A model generated the notes under the pieces. That model did no database searches and was not told the origin of the DNA. It saw nothing but the letters and a program-made list of their open reading frames with translations. A DNA stretch of 64,000 bases from Octopus sinensis (lineage: Eukaryota): positions 1,426,001 to 1,490,000 of the forward strand of contig NC_043018.1 of the NCBI RefSeq assembly GCF_006345805.1, written 5' to 3'. The position numbers and the translations under genes are program-made. Numbering within the stretch: position 1 is the first letter of the stretch; each line of letters begins with the position of its first letter. Positions 40,915-52,808 of the stretch are shown one piece after another.

Positions 40915-41862
40915 CTTTTTGTCTCCCCCTCATTCTCTCTACTCCAACTCCTTTCTCCCACCGTGTGTATATATCGGCGTGGCTTACATGTGTGTGTTTG
41001 TGTATGTTCACCACCAGTTCTAAAAAGTCACTCTCCCAAACGTTCAATGTCGAGTCGACCGTGACCATCTTTAGCGCTCAAACAATTGCGCCTCTTCATT
41101 TTATCTCCTCTGGATATTACGGAATCTACATCCCTAATCGTCCATGCCAGAATTCTCATTATATTTCTCTCCGTGTAATGAAGTCCTATCACAACCACCG
41201 CCACCAAACCCCCTCCTCCACCACTACCATTTCAACTTTGTATGACCTGAATCAGAATCCTACAATATCAAGTCAAAGGTTATTATTCAAGTTTAAGCAA
41301 GGATCGTTTAAATCTGTCAACGCTTCAACTTTTGCCCTTCACGTAACCAAGACTAGAATTCTCACACCTAGTCACGTGCAAATCTGTCTTTTTGTCTCCC
41401 CCTCAGTCTCTCTATCTCCAACTCTTTCTCCCACCGTGTGTATATATCGGCGTGGCTTTACATGTGTGTGTTTGTATGTTCACCACCAGTTCTAAAAAGT
41501 ACTCTCACCAAAATCGGTTCAATGTCGAGTCGACCGTGACCAGTCTTTAGCGCTCAAACAATTGCGCCTCTTCATTTTATTCTCCTCTGGATATTACGGA
41601 ATCTACATCCCTAATCGTCCATGCCAGAATTCTCATTATATTTCTCCGTGTAATGAAGTCCTATCACAACCACCGCCACCAAAACCCCCTCCTCCACCAC
41701 TACCATTTCAACTTTGTATGACCTGAATCAGAATCCTACAATATCAAGTCAAAGGTTATTATTCAAGTTTAAGCAAGGATCGTTTAAATCTGTCAACGCT
41801 TCAACTTTTGCCCTTCACGTAACCAAGACTAGAATTCTCACACCTAGTCACGTGCAAATCTG
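40915..41862. repeat. Near-identical ~475-bp tandem duplicate
   Basis: 40915-41390 and 41386-41862 differ almost only by 1-2-nt indels in homopolymer or dinucleotide runs. Confidence 0.95.
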
Positions 41863-42074
41863 TCCATATATAAGCTTCACTGTAAGTGAAATTGTGATAT
41901 TGAAATCTGTGTGTATGAGTGAGTGTATATATGTGTGATATTTCACATTGACCGTTATTTCTACCTATTAGTTTCCCCCCATTTATCCTCTCCGTCTCTG
42001 TCTATCTTTATTGCTTTCTTGCTATTTCTCACCATGACAAAGGCAGTAAATATGAATACAGAAACAACTACATA

Positions 42075-42260
42075 CAAAGGTGGAATATTGCCAAGCAATT
42101 CGGGTTTAATATGAACTGAACTTCTATAGCTCTATGAAGACTTAATTCCAGTGATAATTATGTCCCCTCGTCAAAGACAACAACCGATTCCATTTCATTC
42201 CACTCTCTTTTACTTCGCATGCTATTATCTCCATCATTAAAGACTCCACAATGTTTCATC
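42075..42260. repeat. Dispersed duplicate of 38230-38420
   Basis: See the partner feature. Confidence 0.9.
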
Positions 42261-42419
42261 TTAAATATTGATTAGAAAAACCAGCAGGAATTTTCTGTAA
42301 TCTCAATGGGAGATATACATCTAATATCCTTTTCTCTAAATAAGATAATAGAAAAAGAAAAACACACACATATAGCTAACAATATTTGAATAATGAAATA
42401 TCACTTGCGCCCTTTGCTG

Positions 42420-43230
42420 GAATTTAATAATAGAATTCAAGAAACAACTTCAAAAATTCTTCAAAATTCATATAGGAGTAGGAACAACTGTATGTTTAAG
42501 ATGTTTGCTTCGCTACTAATATCGTCTCGGGTCAATCGTACTGTGGGTCAATCGCATTAGGTACATATTTTCTGCTATTGACTACTGCCCCGTGAGTTAA
42601 TTTCTTTAATATTCTACATGCAAACCCGTCGTCCACAATCGTGTGTTTATGTGTGTGAGTGTGTTTGTGTGTATGTGTGTGTGTGTGTGGGCATAAATAA
42701 ATCAGATTTAACCTTTCCAAGACAGACATTTTATTACTTTCAAACAAGTACAAAATTCTAATGTTTTTCAAAGCAGGATTCTCTTGCCTGAATGCACATT
42801 CTGCTGTTCCGACGAATTCGTGAATGCGATATACCGGGTTCTCCAACATCCCAGGAAAAGGCGACTAGGAGCCGTGTCACAACCTCCTTCAGCATCTTGT
42901 TGTCTCCAAAACGGCTGCTCTTAGGTGGAAGCAAGGCTTGGACTCTAGGAAGACGTAGAGATCTAAGGCTCGTCTCTGTCAAGTTATTGGTCACCAGGAT
43001 AGAATTGTCAACTGGTACATTGTCCATTTACAGATGCTCTGACCGTTTGCGACGAAATTTCTTCCTGAACACCATCAAACCCCTCTCCATTCACTGTCAG
43101 GCCAGAGGAATTCAATTAAAGAAGAATTCAAGAAACAATTTCTTTAAAATTCATATAGGTGTTGGATCAGTTGTGTGTTTAAAATATTCTTTTTGCTACG
43201 AACATGAGTTCGAGTCAATCGTACTGTGCA
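42420..43230 (+). repeat. Local duplicate (42420-42545 / 43110-43230) containing degenerate SINE A heads
   Basis: Shared GAATTCAAGAAACAA..AAAATTCATATAGG.GT.GGA.CA.TG..TGTTTAA..GTCAATCGTACTGTG. Confidence 0.7.
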
Positions 43231-44351
43231 TCACATTGTTTAAGTGATGGACACCCCAAGGGATGTAAATGGTGGCTTCGATGTCAACAAAGGGGATCAT
43301 GGAGATATTCCCGGTGGAATTGCTTTGACTGGTGTCTACTGAAGAACAGCGAAAAATAGCGAAAGAAGAGAAGCGTGGCTCAAGCAAAGTAATCCACAAA
43401 TAATCTGGAACTTTTCCTAAGTCTCTGTAAAGTTTTTTCCTAGTCTATCTGAAACTTTATATCATAGCGACTTCACATTGCGACTGAATTCTACTACATA
43501 CTATGCACCCTGTTCTGCCGCAGCCGTTTGTTTCAGTCTGGACTACAGTAATCTTAGACGGTTAGAATAGCTCCTCACAAACATATCTCAGATCATCTGG
43601 AATGCACCTCGAATGCGTTATGCACACACACACACACACACGCACACACACACACGCGCGCGCGCGCGCACACACAAACACACACACATTATCACACACA
43701 CATGTATATATGTACACACAGACACACATACGTGTACATTATATTGCCCGCAAGACAAAAGCACACCTGAAGCAGCCCTGCCTTAACCAACGAGATATAT
43801 CATGTAGATAATGCAAAGCAGAAACCATATTCCTGAATAAGAGGGAAAATGCACGCTGACGATGAAATGCACCATGGATGATGAAAAGAAATCAAAATCG
43901 TTAGCTTTCATAATTGTTACCTTTCATTAATTGTTCGTTTCGAATCTGCCTTAAGAATATGGATGACATAGAAGACACTTAAACGATGAGCGCAGTGGAA
44001 AGAAATCCTAAAGGTTATGCAAACGTCTTAACCACACTGGTGAGCACTTGTCGTATATGTACGTCATATCATATCGCTAGTTATATGAGAAAGGCGATAC
44101 TCAGGCCATGTCATGTCAAGAGAAACAGAAGGAAGTATGGGCTTTAAATAATTAAACACAAATGCACTACTAAACAAGAGAAGATCATCAATGAGCTTGG
44201 AGGAAATTCTCTTTCTTGTCACACATATAGACTCACATTTCCTCTCCCGTTCTGTACAATTCGGATGCAAGCAAACTAAACACAGACGTGCACATACACA
44301 CACATGCATATCTTTACGTGTGTATACATACATACATACATACAAACATAC

Positions 44352-44391
<40 letters not shown>

Positions 44392-44511
44392 CTATATATA
44401 TATATATATAAATTTATAATGAGGGTGACAAAATTAGGTATTCATTAAATTAACATTGTTTTCACACCAGTTGTCTAGCATATAAAAAAACCCGAAGGTT
44501 CAGTAAAATTG

Positions 44512-44588
44512 TATTATATACATATTAGAAGGAAACCACTAGCATAAGGGTGTCCACATAGTAGTTTCCCTCTAATATGTATATAATA
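44512..44588. repeat. Inverted repeat, 30-bp arms (2 mismatches), 17-nt loop
   Basis: Left arm TATTATATACATATTAGAAGGAAACCACTA; right arm reverse complement TATTATATACATATTAGAGGGAAACTACTA. Confidence 0.92.
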
Positions 44589-44921
44589 TATATATATATA
44601 TTATATAGAGGGCATTATTACACATAAATGCCTCACACTCAGAGGGACATAAGTCATTACTACCAAAAATTTCACTAATCATACCCAATGCAGTTTTTCA
44701 AAGCAAGACATTTAAAAAATGAATTTAGTCCTATATCACCTGGGATTTCGCACTTACCGCATAAAAAATGCGTCTATGCTCATCGGTAGAACTGATTCTG
44801 AACACATCATAAATAAACGACCAACACCGTCGAAGTCGAACAGGCAACTGCTCTCTACGAAGCACATGGAGATGTTTATAAATCATATATTCGGTAATAT
44901 ATATATATATATATAATAATC

Positions 44922-44997
<76 letters not shown>

Positions 44998-45405
44998 GGG
45001 TACTCTGCCCACAGCACGTCAGGAGATATGGACCTCATATAAAATTAGTATCAGGCAAATGTAAGCCCAAAAAGTTGTGCGCCGCGCTGCTTCTTTTTGT
45101 TTGTTCTCTAGCTCATACATATGCATCGATGGATTGTATGTACAGTTTTATGTATGACGTCTGTTTAGACTTTGGTTTGCAGATTTGCTGCGAGTCAGCT
45201 TTCAAGTGTTTCTCGGAGAAATGAATCTTAGTATATATATATATGGTACTTGTTCTGTCGGCCGCATTTGCCCAACCGCTAATGTTGTGGAACATAAAGG
45301 AACAACCCCTATCTCAACGTTGTCATGTGACCAGATACAAACTATAACGTAAATACACACACAAATGCCTGCATATATATATTATAATATATATTATATA
45401 TATAT

Positions 45406-45589
45406 ATACTAAGCATAAAGGGTTTAGCAACGAATGCCTTACCACATACCGAATTTAGAAAAACAGCAATTGCTGTTTTTACTGAGATCTCCCTTTTTAG
45501 TAGAAGAAATAGCTATAACTCTTTGACTGCTATTCTAAATTCGGTATGTGGTAAGGCAATTCGTTGCTAAACCCTTTATTGCTTAGTAT
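45406..45589. repeat. Inverted repeat, ~55-bp arms, ~72-nt spacer
   Basis: ATACTAAGCA(A)TAAAGGGTTTAGCAACGAA(T)TGCCTTACCACATACCGAATTTAGAA is present in both orientations; two 1-nt indels. Confidence 0.92.
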
Positions 45590-45706
45590 TACTTAAATTT
45601 TCCTCGAATGAGGCTTTTACATGCCGAAGACTACTTGGTGTAATTGATAATTATTCCAAATTAATTAATTTCACCCTTCATTATATATATATATATATAT
45701 TCAAAA

Positions 45707-45907
45707 TGTGACCACGTGTGTACCGTTGGCGATATTTTTTCCTCTGTCTTCCCTTCTCTGGATCTTTCCTTCTCCTATGTTTCCGACGAAGAGCTCCGCT
45801 CGAAACGTTAAACCATCCTTCTTTCCTTCTTTCCTGAGCGTCCAATAATACTGTATTTGTTCCACGTCCTCGCGTTGTTGTGTTTTTTTGTGCTTCCTTG
45901 TTTGGAT

Positions 45908-45912
<5 letters not shown>
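45707..45912 (+). mobile_element. ~200-bp hammerhead-containing (PLE-type) mini-element, copy 1
   Basis: Flanked by (TA)n on both sides; homologous to 45997-46205 (-) and 48762-48925 (+). Confidence 0.85.
45779..45813 (+). ncRNA. Minimal type I hammerhead ribozyme motif
   Basis: GTTT-CCGACGA-A-GAGC(TCC)GCTC-GAAA-CG-TT-AAAC. Stem I GTTT/AAAC, stem II GAGC/GCTC, loopless palindromic stem III (AACGTT). U4 is C in this copy; copy 2 has U4. Confidence 0.7.
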
Positions 45913-45982
<70 letters not shown>

Positions 45983-45996
45983 ATATATGTATATAA

Positions 45997-46205
45997 ATCT
46001 AATCCCAACATGAAAACACAAAGAGAAAACAGAACAACATGAGGACGTGGAACAAGTATAGTGTTATTGGACGCTCGGCAAAGGAAGGAAAGAAAGAGGA
46101 TTTAACGTTACGAGCGGAGCCTTCGCCAGAAACATAGGAAAAGGAAAGATCCAAGGAAGGGAAGACGGAGGGAAAAAATCTTCAACGGTACACAGGCGGT
46201 CACAT
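45997..46205 (-). mobile_element. Hammerhead mini-element, copy 2 (tail-to-tail with copy 1)
   Basis: Reverse complement TGTGACC..TGTGTACCGTTG..CCTATGTTTCTGGCGAAGGCTCCGCTCGTAACGTTAAA..GAGCGTCCAATAA..TTGTTCCACGTCCTC. Confidence 0.85.
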
Positions 46206-46240
46206 TTTGTGTAATTGTGTATATATGTATATATAATATT

Positions 46241-46296
<56 letters not shown>

Positions 46297-46357
46297 CAGA
46301 CACAATAATAACTATATCAATATATCATAATAATGAATAATATATATAACTATATAT

Positions 46358-46585
46358 TTCTTTACTGCCCACAAAGGGCTAAACATAGAGGGGACAAACG
46401 AGGACAGACAAAGGATTAAGTCGATTACATCGACCCCAGTGCGTAGCTGGTGGTACTTATTTATCGACCCCGAAAGGATGAAAGGCAAAGTCGACCTCGG
46501 CGGAATTTGAACTCAGAACATAACGGCGGACGAAATACGGCTACGCATTTCGCCCGGCGTGCTAACGTTTCTGCCAGCTCACCCA
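46358..46585 (-). mobile_element. SINE family B (full length)
   Basis: Matches 5556-5796 and 59386-59622. Confidence 0.9.
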
Positions 46586-47344
46586 CTTCATATATATATA
46601 ATCATCGATTAAAAGTAACATCTGTATTTAAACAATTGACAGAGAAATAATGAGCTAACCCAGGCAACAATCGAAGTCGCAAATCAACGGTTACACGGCT
46701 CCTTGCGCTGTCAACCCGTTAGAAACTTAGAATGAGACGTAAGGATTGGGTATTTATATATAACAAGTGCAGGTTTTAATTTATAACATGTATTTAGATT
46801 TTCTGACTGGTTACGTTGATTAATTGGTAACTATTTTGTCTCTTTTTAGTTCGGCTTCAGAAGTAGAACAAAAAAATAAATAAAGAAATAAACTCTTACA
46901 TTAACAAAAAAATAAAATAAATAAAATTGCACTAGTATAATACAATAATAATAATAAAAAGAAAAACAATGCAACAATAATAAAAAGAAAATATGAAAAA
47001 GCAATTACGTTGTCGAGTAAATTGGTGAATTCTAATTAAACACCAATTAGAATTGTTGGTTGCGGTAATTATATTACACTTAGACATTTCTTTGGCAGCA
47101 TCTATGTTAAAAGTTTGGTAGATGATAAAAGAGAATAGCTGCTACAACAGCGCCATCGACGGTGTGCACGCTGCTTAGGTTTTGTTTGCGTTTATCTATA
47201 TACATATAAACATATGAACAAATACATTTGTAGCTACGTACATTTATATACATATAAGGTTGTGTCTGTATAATGTATCTATATGACAGTCAGTCAACGT
47301 ATGCATGCACGTCTCTCTCTCTCTCTCTCTCTCTGTATATATGC

Positions 47345-47699
47345 TTTTTACTTTTTTACTTTTTACTTGTTTCAGTCATGTGACTGTGGCCATGCTGTGG
47401 CACCGCCTTTAGTCGAGAAAACCGACCCCAGGACTTATTCTTTGTAAGCCCAGTACTTATTCTACCGGTCTCTTTTGCCGAACCGCTAAGTGACGGGGGG
47501 GGAGGGTAAACACACCAGCATATCAAGCAATGCTAGGGGGACAAACACAGACACATACATACATATATACGACGGGCTTCTTTCAGTTTCCGTCGACCAA
47601 ATCCACTCACAAGGCATTGGTCGGCCCGGGGCTAGAGCAGAAGATACTTGCCCAAGATGCCACGTGTGGTAAGCTACTTACCACACAGCCACTCCTGCG

Positions 47700-47702
<3 letters not shown>
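47345..47702 (-). mobile_element. SINE family A with small internal deletion in head
   Basis: Same tail, body and head as the other A copies. Confidence 0.9.
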
Positions 47703-47751
<49 letters not shown>

Positions 47752-48321
47752 ATATATATATATGTATATTAAATATATATACAATATCTATAATCTATCT
47801 ATCTATCTATCTATCTATCAACCAATCTATCTATTTACCTATCTACATATTTATCTGTCTATCGGTTTGTGTATTTATCTATCTATCTATCTATCTATCT
47901 CTCTATCTGTCTATCTTCCAAACAATCTATTCATCAATCTAGACATTTGTTAACCGATCCCTTTATTCGCTTATCCATCACTCTATTCATTTCTATGTGC
48001 GCATGTATATATGTATTTAGATAGACAGACAGATACGAAGCGAGCGAGTGAGAGAGAGAGAAAGAAGGATCGATAGGTTGTTATCTTTTATAGAACGTCT
48101 TAGAGTGGATACGATGGAACCGTTGAATTACCAGATCTTGTGTGTGATTGAGAATGTCACTTACAAGCATACACTTAAAACACTAATTCTTCATACAGAC
48201 AGAAATATATTCATTTGCATACATATGTGCACACCTGCAAACACAAACACACACACATACATGCATTAAAATATACCTTTATACATATGCATATATCCGT
48301 ACATATATATATATATATATA

Positions 48322-48356
<35 letters not shown>

Positions 48357-48360
48357 ATAC

Positions 48361-48750
48361 ATGGTGGTTGTCTTCTCCTTATGCAGAGTCTGACCACCTC
48401 GTGCACTTACACCTTAGATCCATCATGGCGTTTGATATGTTTTTTTAAACTAGACATTGTATTGAAATGACACCCACATAGATTGCATATCTGATTTGGA
48501 CAACCAATATCTACAGTTCAGTTCTGCTCTTTGTGGATCTTAATATGTCTTTTGAGGCCTCCCTTAGATTGGCAGACCTTATGGCATACCCGGCATCGAA
48601 ATCTGTGCACAGATATATTGGAAGAACAGCTGATGGAGGTTCATCTTCCGTGGGTCGGTAAATGCGATTTGAGCCCAGCAAAAGAAAGGCATGGTCTGGG
48701 ATAAACTGTGCTCACACAAAGGTCACTGGGATTCAGCTTGTCGGTCACAA
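48361..48750 (-). mobile_element. Three tandem C2H2 zinc fingers, likely the 3' end of an RTE-type LINE (or a ZNF pseudogene fragment)
   Basis: One frame: LCVSTVYPRPCLSFAGLKSHLPTHGR*...FRCRVCHKVCQSKGGLKRHIKIHKEQN*...ICNLCGCHFNTMSSLKKHIKRHDGSKV*. No TGEKP linkers; ends in a short UTR and (TA)n. Confidence 0.75.
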
Positions 48751-48761
48751 TATATATATTG

Positions 48762-48924
48762 TGTGTACCGTTGGCGATTTTTTCCCTCTGTCTTCCCTTC
48801 TCTGGATCTTTCCTTCTCCTCCTATGTTTCCGACGAAGAGCTCCGCTCGAAACTTTAAGTCCTCCTTCTTTCCTTCTTTCCTGAGCGTCCAATAATACTA
48901 TATTTGTTCCACGTCCTCGCGTTG

Positions 48925-48925
<1 letters not shown>
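48762..48925 (+). mobile_element. Hammerhead mini-element, copy 3
   Basis: CCTATGTTTCCGACGAAGAGCTCCGCTCGAAACTTTAAG, with (TA)n on both sides. Confidence 0.85.
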
Positions 48926-48998
<73 letters not shown>

Positions 48999-49055
48999 TA
49001 TTGATAGAAAAATAGATAGATAATAGATAGATAGATAGATAGATACACTCATATA

Positions 49056-49182
49056 TACAGGGTTTGGACAAAATAATGGAAACAGCTTAAAATTTCTACC
49101 TTACACGTTTAATTTCACGAGCAGGCTGACCCGTTGATCGGATTAACTTGAACCGTCGTCGTCGGAACCGACGGAGCACCAC
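49056..49182 (+). mobile_element. Tc1-type TIR fragment fused to a SINE C tail fragment
   Basis: TACAGGGTTTGGACAAAATAATGGAAACA, then CACGTT.AATTTCACGAGCAGGCTG..CGTCGTCG.AACCGACGGAG. Confidence 0.6.
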
Positions 49183-49489
49183 AATATGTATATATGCATC
49201 CTCACGCAAACACACACATAAATGTTATTGAGAGAAGTATTGACAGTAACTTCGATGTTAACCCATCATCGGACTGTACTCAGTCAAATATATTGCGTAA
49301 TACTGTAATTTAATTGTAAAACTGGTTTTATTATAACATGTAAGCAAATAACAACACATACGCGTGCGTGCCCACACGTTCACACACACACGCATAAATA
49401 CAAGCACAAAGACACACACGCACACAAACACACACACGCACACAAATACACACACACACGCACACAAACACACACCAACCTCGTGGCAT

Positions 49490-49820
49490 TTTGGACACGC
49501 GTGTTCTACTATATCTTCGGGCCGACCAAAGCCTTGTGAGTGGATTTGGTAGACGGAAACTGAAAGAAGCACGTCGTATATATGTATATTCTATATGTGG
49601 GCGTGTATGTTTGTGTGTCTCTGTTTGTCCCCACAACATCGCTTGACATCCGACGCTATTGTGTTTACGTCCCCGTAACTTAGCGGTTCGGCAAAATAGA
49701 CCGATACGATTAGTACTAGGCTTACAAAAATAAGTCTTGGGTTGATTTGCTCGGCTAAAGGCTGTGCTCCAGCATGATCGCAATCAAATGACTGAAACAA
49801 GTTGAAGAGTAAAGAGTAAA
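49490..49820 (+). mobile_element. SINE family A, 5'-truncated
   Basis: GGCCGACCAAAGCCTTGTGAGTGGATTTGGTAGACGGAAACTGAAAGAAG through to the GAGTAAAGAGTA tail. Confidence 0.88.
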
Positions 49821-50299
49821 TAGTACACACACAAGCACAAGCACACACAGGCACACAAACACACAAGCACACAAACACACAGGCTCTCACACAAACACAC
49901 ACACTCACAAACACACACGCGCGCGTCTCAATACGTTAGGTGTATATTACAGATTGTGAAGTCTCAGGAATCTCTCGAGTTGATGCTCCAAACGTTTATT
50001 TGCAGTGATGATGCTCGTGTTATTCATTATTTTCGCCTCTGGTATTATTCAGGACCAGGTCAAAAGCAGCCCAACACACCTCGAATCAAAGTTATTCCAG
50101 TTGCTGCCATTTATTTTCATCCTATATTCAAACCGAATCGTTGTAATTTGTGAATTACATTCAGGTGTTCGTCCCTAACTCATTTCTCCCCCTGACATAT
50201 CATACTCATCAGATCGTTTTATATTTCTAAAATCCCCATGTCGATACCCCAGGGATAAAGAAATACCCACATGAAATGCGTAGGTATCTGCTAAATACT

Positions 50300-50900
50300 T
50301 TAGTCAAACCTTGGTTATTTTCTATTTTTATGGATTCTTCTAGAGTTATTTAGTATTTGTAGTGTCTCAGCTACTTCTTTCGTAACATTTGTTATTTTTC
50401 ATAATGTCGCTTACGGAAATCCATCCACGTTCACTACTTTCCTAACAAAATATTATTCTCTTGCTCTTGGCTTTGTATAGATTTCTGTTATTTCCTTGGA
50501 TAGTTTTGCTGCAAACGCTTTTGAGTTTGAGGAAAACAGTTTGTTTTGATCAACGAAGTGCTGTCGCCTTTGAGAACGACGGATGTTTTGCTTTTTAGTA
50601 AAAATCTAAGCTTTCGGGCCTTCTTTAAATTCAAGTACTACATTTTGAGTTGTATTTTATGTTATACCTGTCTGTTCCTTTTTCTTGAAATTGTGTTTTG
50701 TTTTCACCTTTTGCATTTCCTTTTCATTCCGTTGTTGATTGTTCCCACGACTGAAAGGGATGTTTTTTTTCCTTCTATTTTCTTCTGAAGATTTTCGTTT
50801 CCAAACTTTTACATTTCTTTTAGATTTTTCAGTATAAGATCTTAAAGGAGCTATCCTCTTTCCGTTGGTTGTTGTTACAACAGCATCAAATATTTTCTTA
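50300..50900 (-). mobile_element. Dong/R4-clade LINE, pre-RT region remnant
   Basis: Decayed translation ..KKQNIRRSQRRQHFVDQNKLFSSNSKAFAAKLSKEITEIYTKP.., resembling the R4-clade IRRY..R..FY.QN.LF..D.K.FY..L segment. Confidence 0.6.
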
Positions 50901-51157
50901 ATCCTGATGATATCAATGTGCTTACTGGTTTACCCAGATTTCATGATTTAGTATCGATGTCGGTGACACATCAAGATGTCACTCAGGAATGACTTTGTGT
51001 GGACACATTCAAAATAATAATAATAATAATAATAATACTAGTAATGAATTTAATAATTCTTTTCGAATTAAATTTGCGTCGTGACAGAATCTTTACCGCT
51101 CCAAGAGAAATTCTTAGCAGCAATCCTTCTGACATCACGTTCTTTGTTTAGACACTC

Positions 51158-51290
51158 GCAGGGTCGACTTTGCCTTTATATTTAGGGGGTTGATATGAAA
51201 AGTAGCTATTGAAAACTAGGGTCGATAAAATCGACATAACCCCACCCCGAAATTGCTGGGCTTGTGCCAAAATTTGAAACTAATACATCT
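51158..51290 (+). mobile_element. SINE family B 3' fragment
   Basis: GGTCGACTTTGCCTTT..GGGTCGATAAAATCGAC..GGGCTTGTGCCAAAATTTGAAAC. Confidence 0.7.
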
Positions 51291-51742
51291 TATTGAATTG
51301 AATTCTTTAACTCTTGCTATGTTATACCATTATCATACTTAATAATTCTTGCTTAATTTAAAGCGTTTTTAGATATGTCTAGTATGTTCATTAAATTGAT
51401 ATTTTATCGCAACTATCATCCACATTTCATTGATCACTACAGAATAGCTCCATATATTGAAGACACAATATATGAAAGAGATTCAACTTGGATGAAACTT
51501 GGGACTTGCGCGTCCCGGCAAAGAATGAGTTTTTGTATTCTGCAATCACATCGCTTCATCCGAAATTTGATACAAGCTTATTTTATCTACAGCGAGGTTT
51601 TGTACATTTGAAATATCTGGTACTACGTCTACTGTATGCTCTTTTGCGCTTAAGAGCAATTTTATTGTAGGTATGTATATAATTGAATGCGTATGTGTAT
51701 GTGCATGACAGACATACAGATGGATAGATAGATAGATAGATT

Positions 51743-51797
<55 letters not shown>

Positions 51798-51803
51798 GGA
51801 TAA

Positions 51804-52061
51804 GTTTCTTTATTGGCCACACAGGGCTGCACACAGATGGGACAAGTTACAAGGTAGAGCTTTTCTTTTGGGGGATGAAAAAACAAAAAAAAACAAAAAA
51901 AAAGTGGCGTAGGTTTTCGATCAAAAGGGATCGTAAAAGGGGAAAAAAGAACAAAAAAGAAAAAAAAGAAAAAAAAGAAGAAAAGGAAAAGGAACAAAAG
52001 AAAAGAGAAATGAAAAAAAGAAGAAAAAAGGGGAAAAAAAGGGGAAGAGGAAAAAAAAACG

Positions 52062-52062
<1 letters not shown>
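51804..52062 (-). mobile_element. Tx1-like LINE 3'UTR, heavily 5'-truncated copy in (TATC)n
   Basis: Near-identical to 18264-18500 (GTTTCTTTATTGGCCACACAGGGCTGCACACAGATGGGACAAGTT..), with (GATA)n on both sides. Confidence 0.93.
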
Positions 52063-52104
<42 letters not shown>

Positions 52105-52118
52105 CTAGACAGATAGAC

Positions 52119-52258
<140 letters not shown>

Positions 52259-52808
52259 GGATAGACAGATAGATAGTGGGTAGATAGAGATATTATCTAT
52301 AGATATATAGGGGAGTGGGTGCATGTGTCCTGTTTTTTAGCATCTATTGTCTAGAAGTACTTAATCAGTTTCTATCAAAAATTATTTTTAAATGAGAGTT
52401 TTTGCGCATAATATACGCCGGCATTATGATGGTTTTCATTTACATAGTGCAAGCAGCTGTAAAATATGCATGTAATATCGGAGTGTATCTTTCGATAGTG
52501 TGTGTTATATTTCTTCCCTTGTGTTTTTTCCTGTTTTCTGTGCTGGATTTCAAGTATCAATTGCAGTTCCCTTCCATTTAGATTGTTATCATTTCTGTGT
52601 GTTCAGAGGTTTTCTTCGTCTTTGTCGATGCAGTATTTTTCATCTTTCCACTTTTCACGTTTTTTTTTTATTATTTGTTTGTTTGTTGTTTTTCTTTTTT
52701 TTTTTTTTGAACATCAATTTCAAAATGTGTATTCGATTTCTCAACTTTCGGTGAATAATACGATTTTTTTTAAATAAATAAATGTCTGGAATGAGTTATT
52801 GATAATAC

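Noticed and set aside
42758-43247. Overlapping 151-aa (+) and 89-aa (-) ORFs
   Set aside because: No recognisable motif. The plus ORF runs into a degenerate SINE head, and there are no convincing splice signals.
43625-43690. (CA)n(CG)n Z-DNA-prone tract
   Set aside because: Such tracts are ubiquitous in this window and show no specific context.
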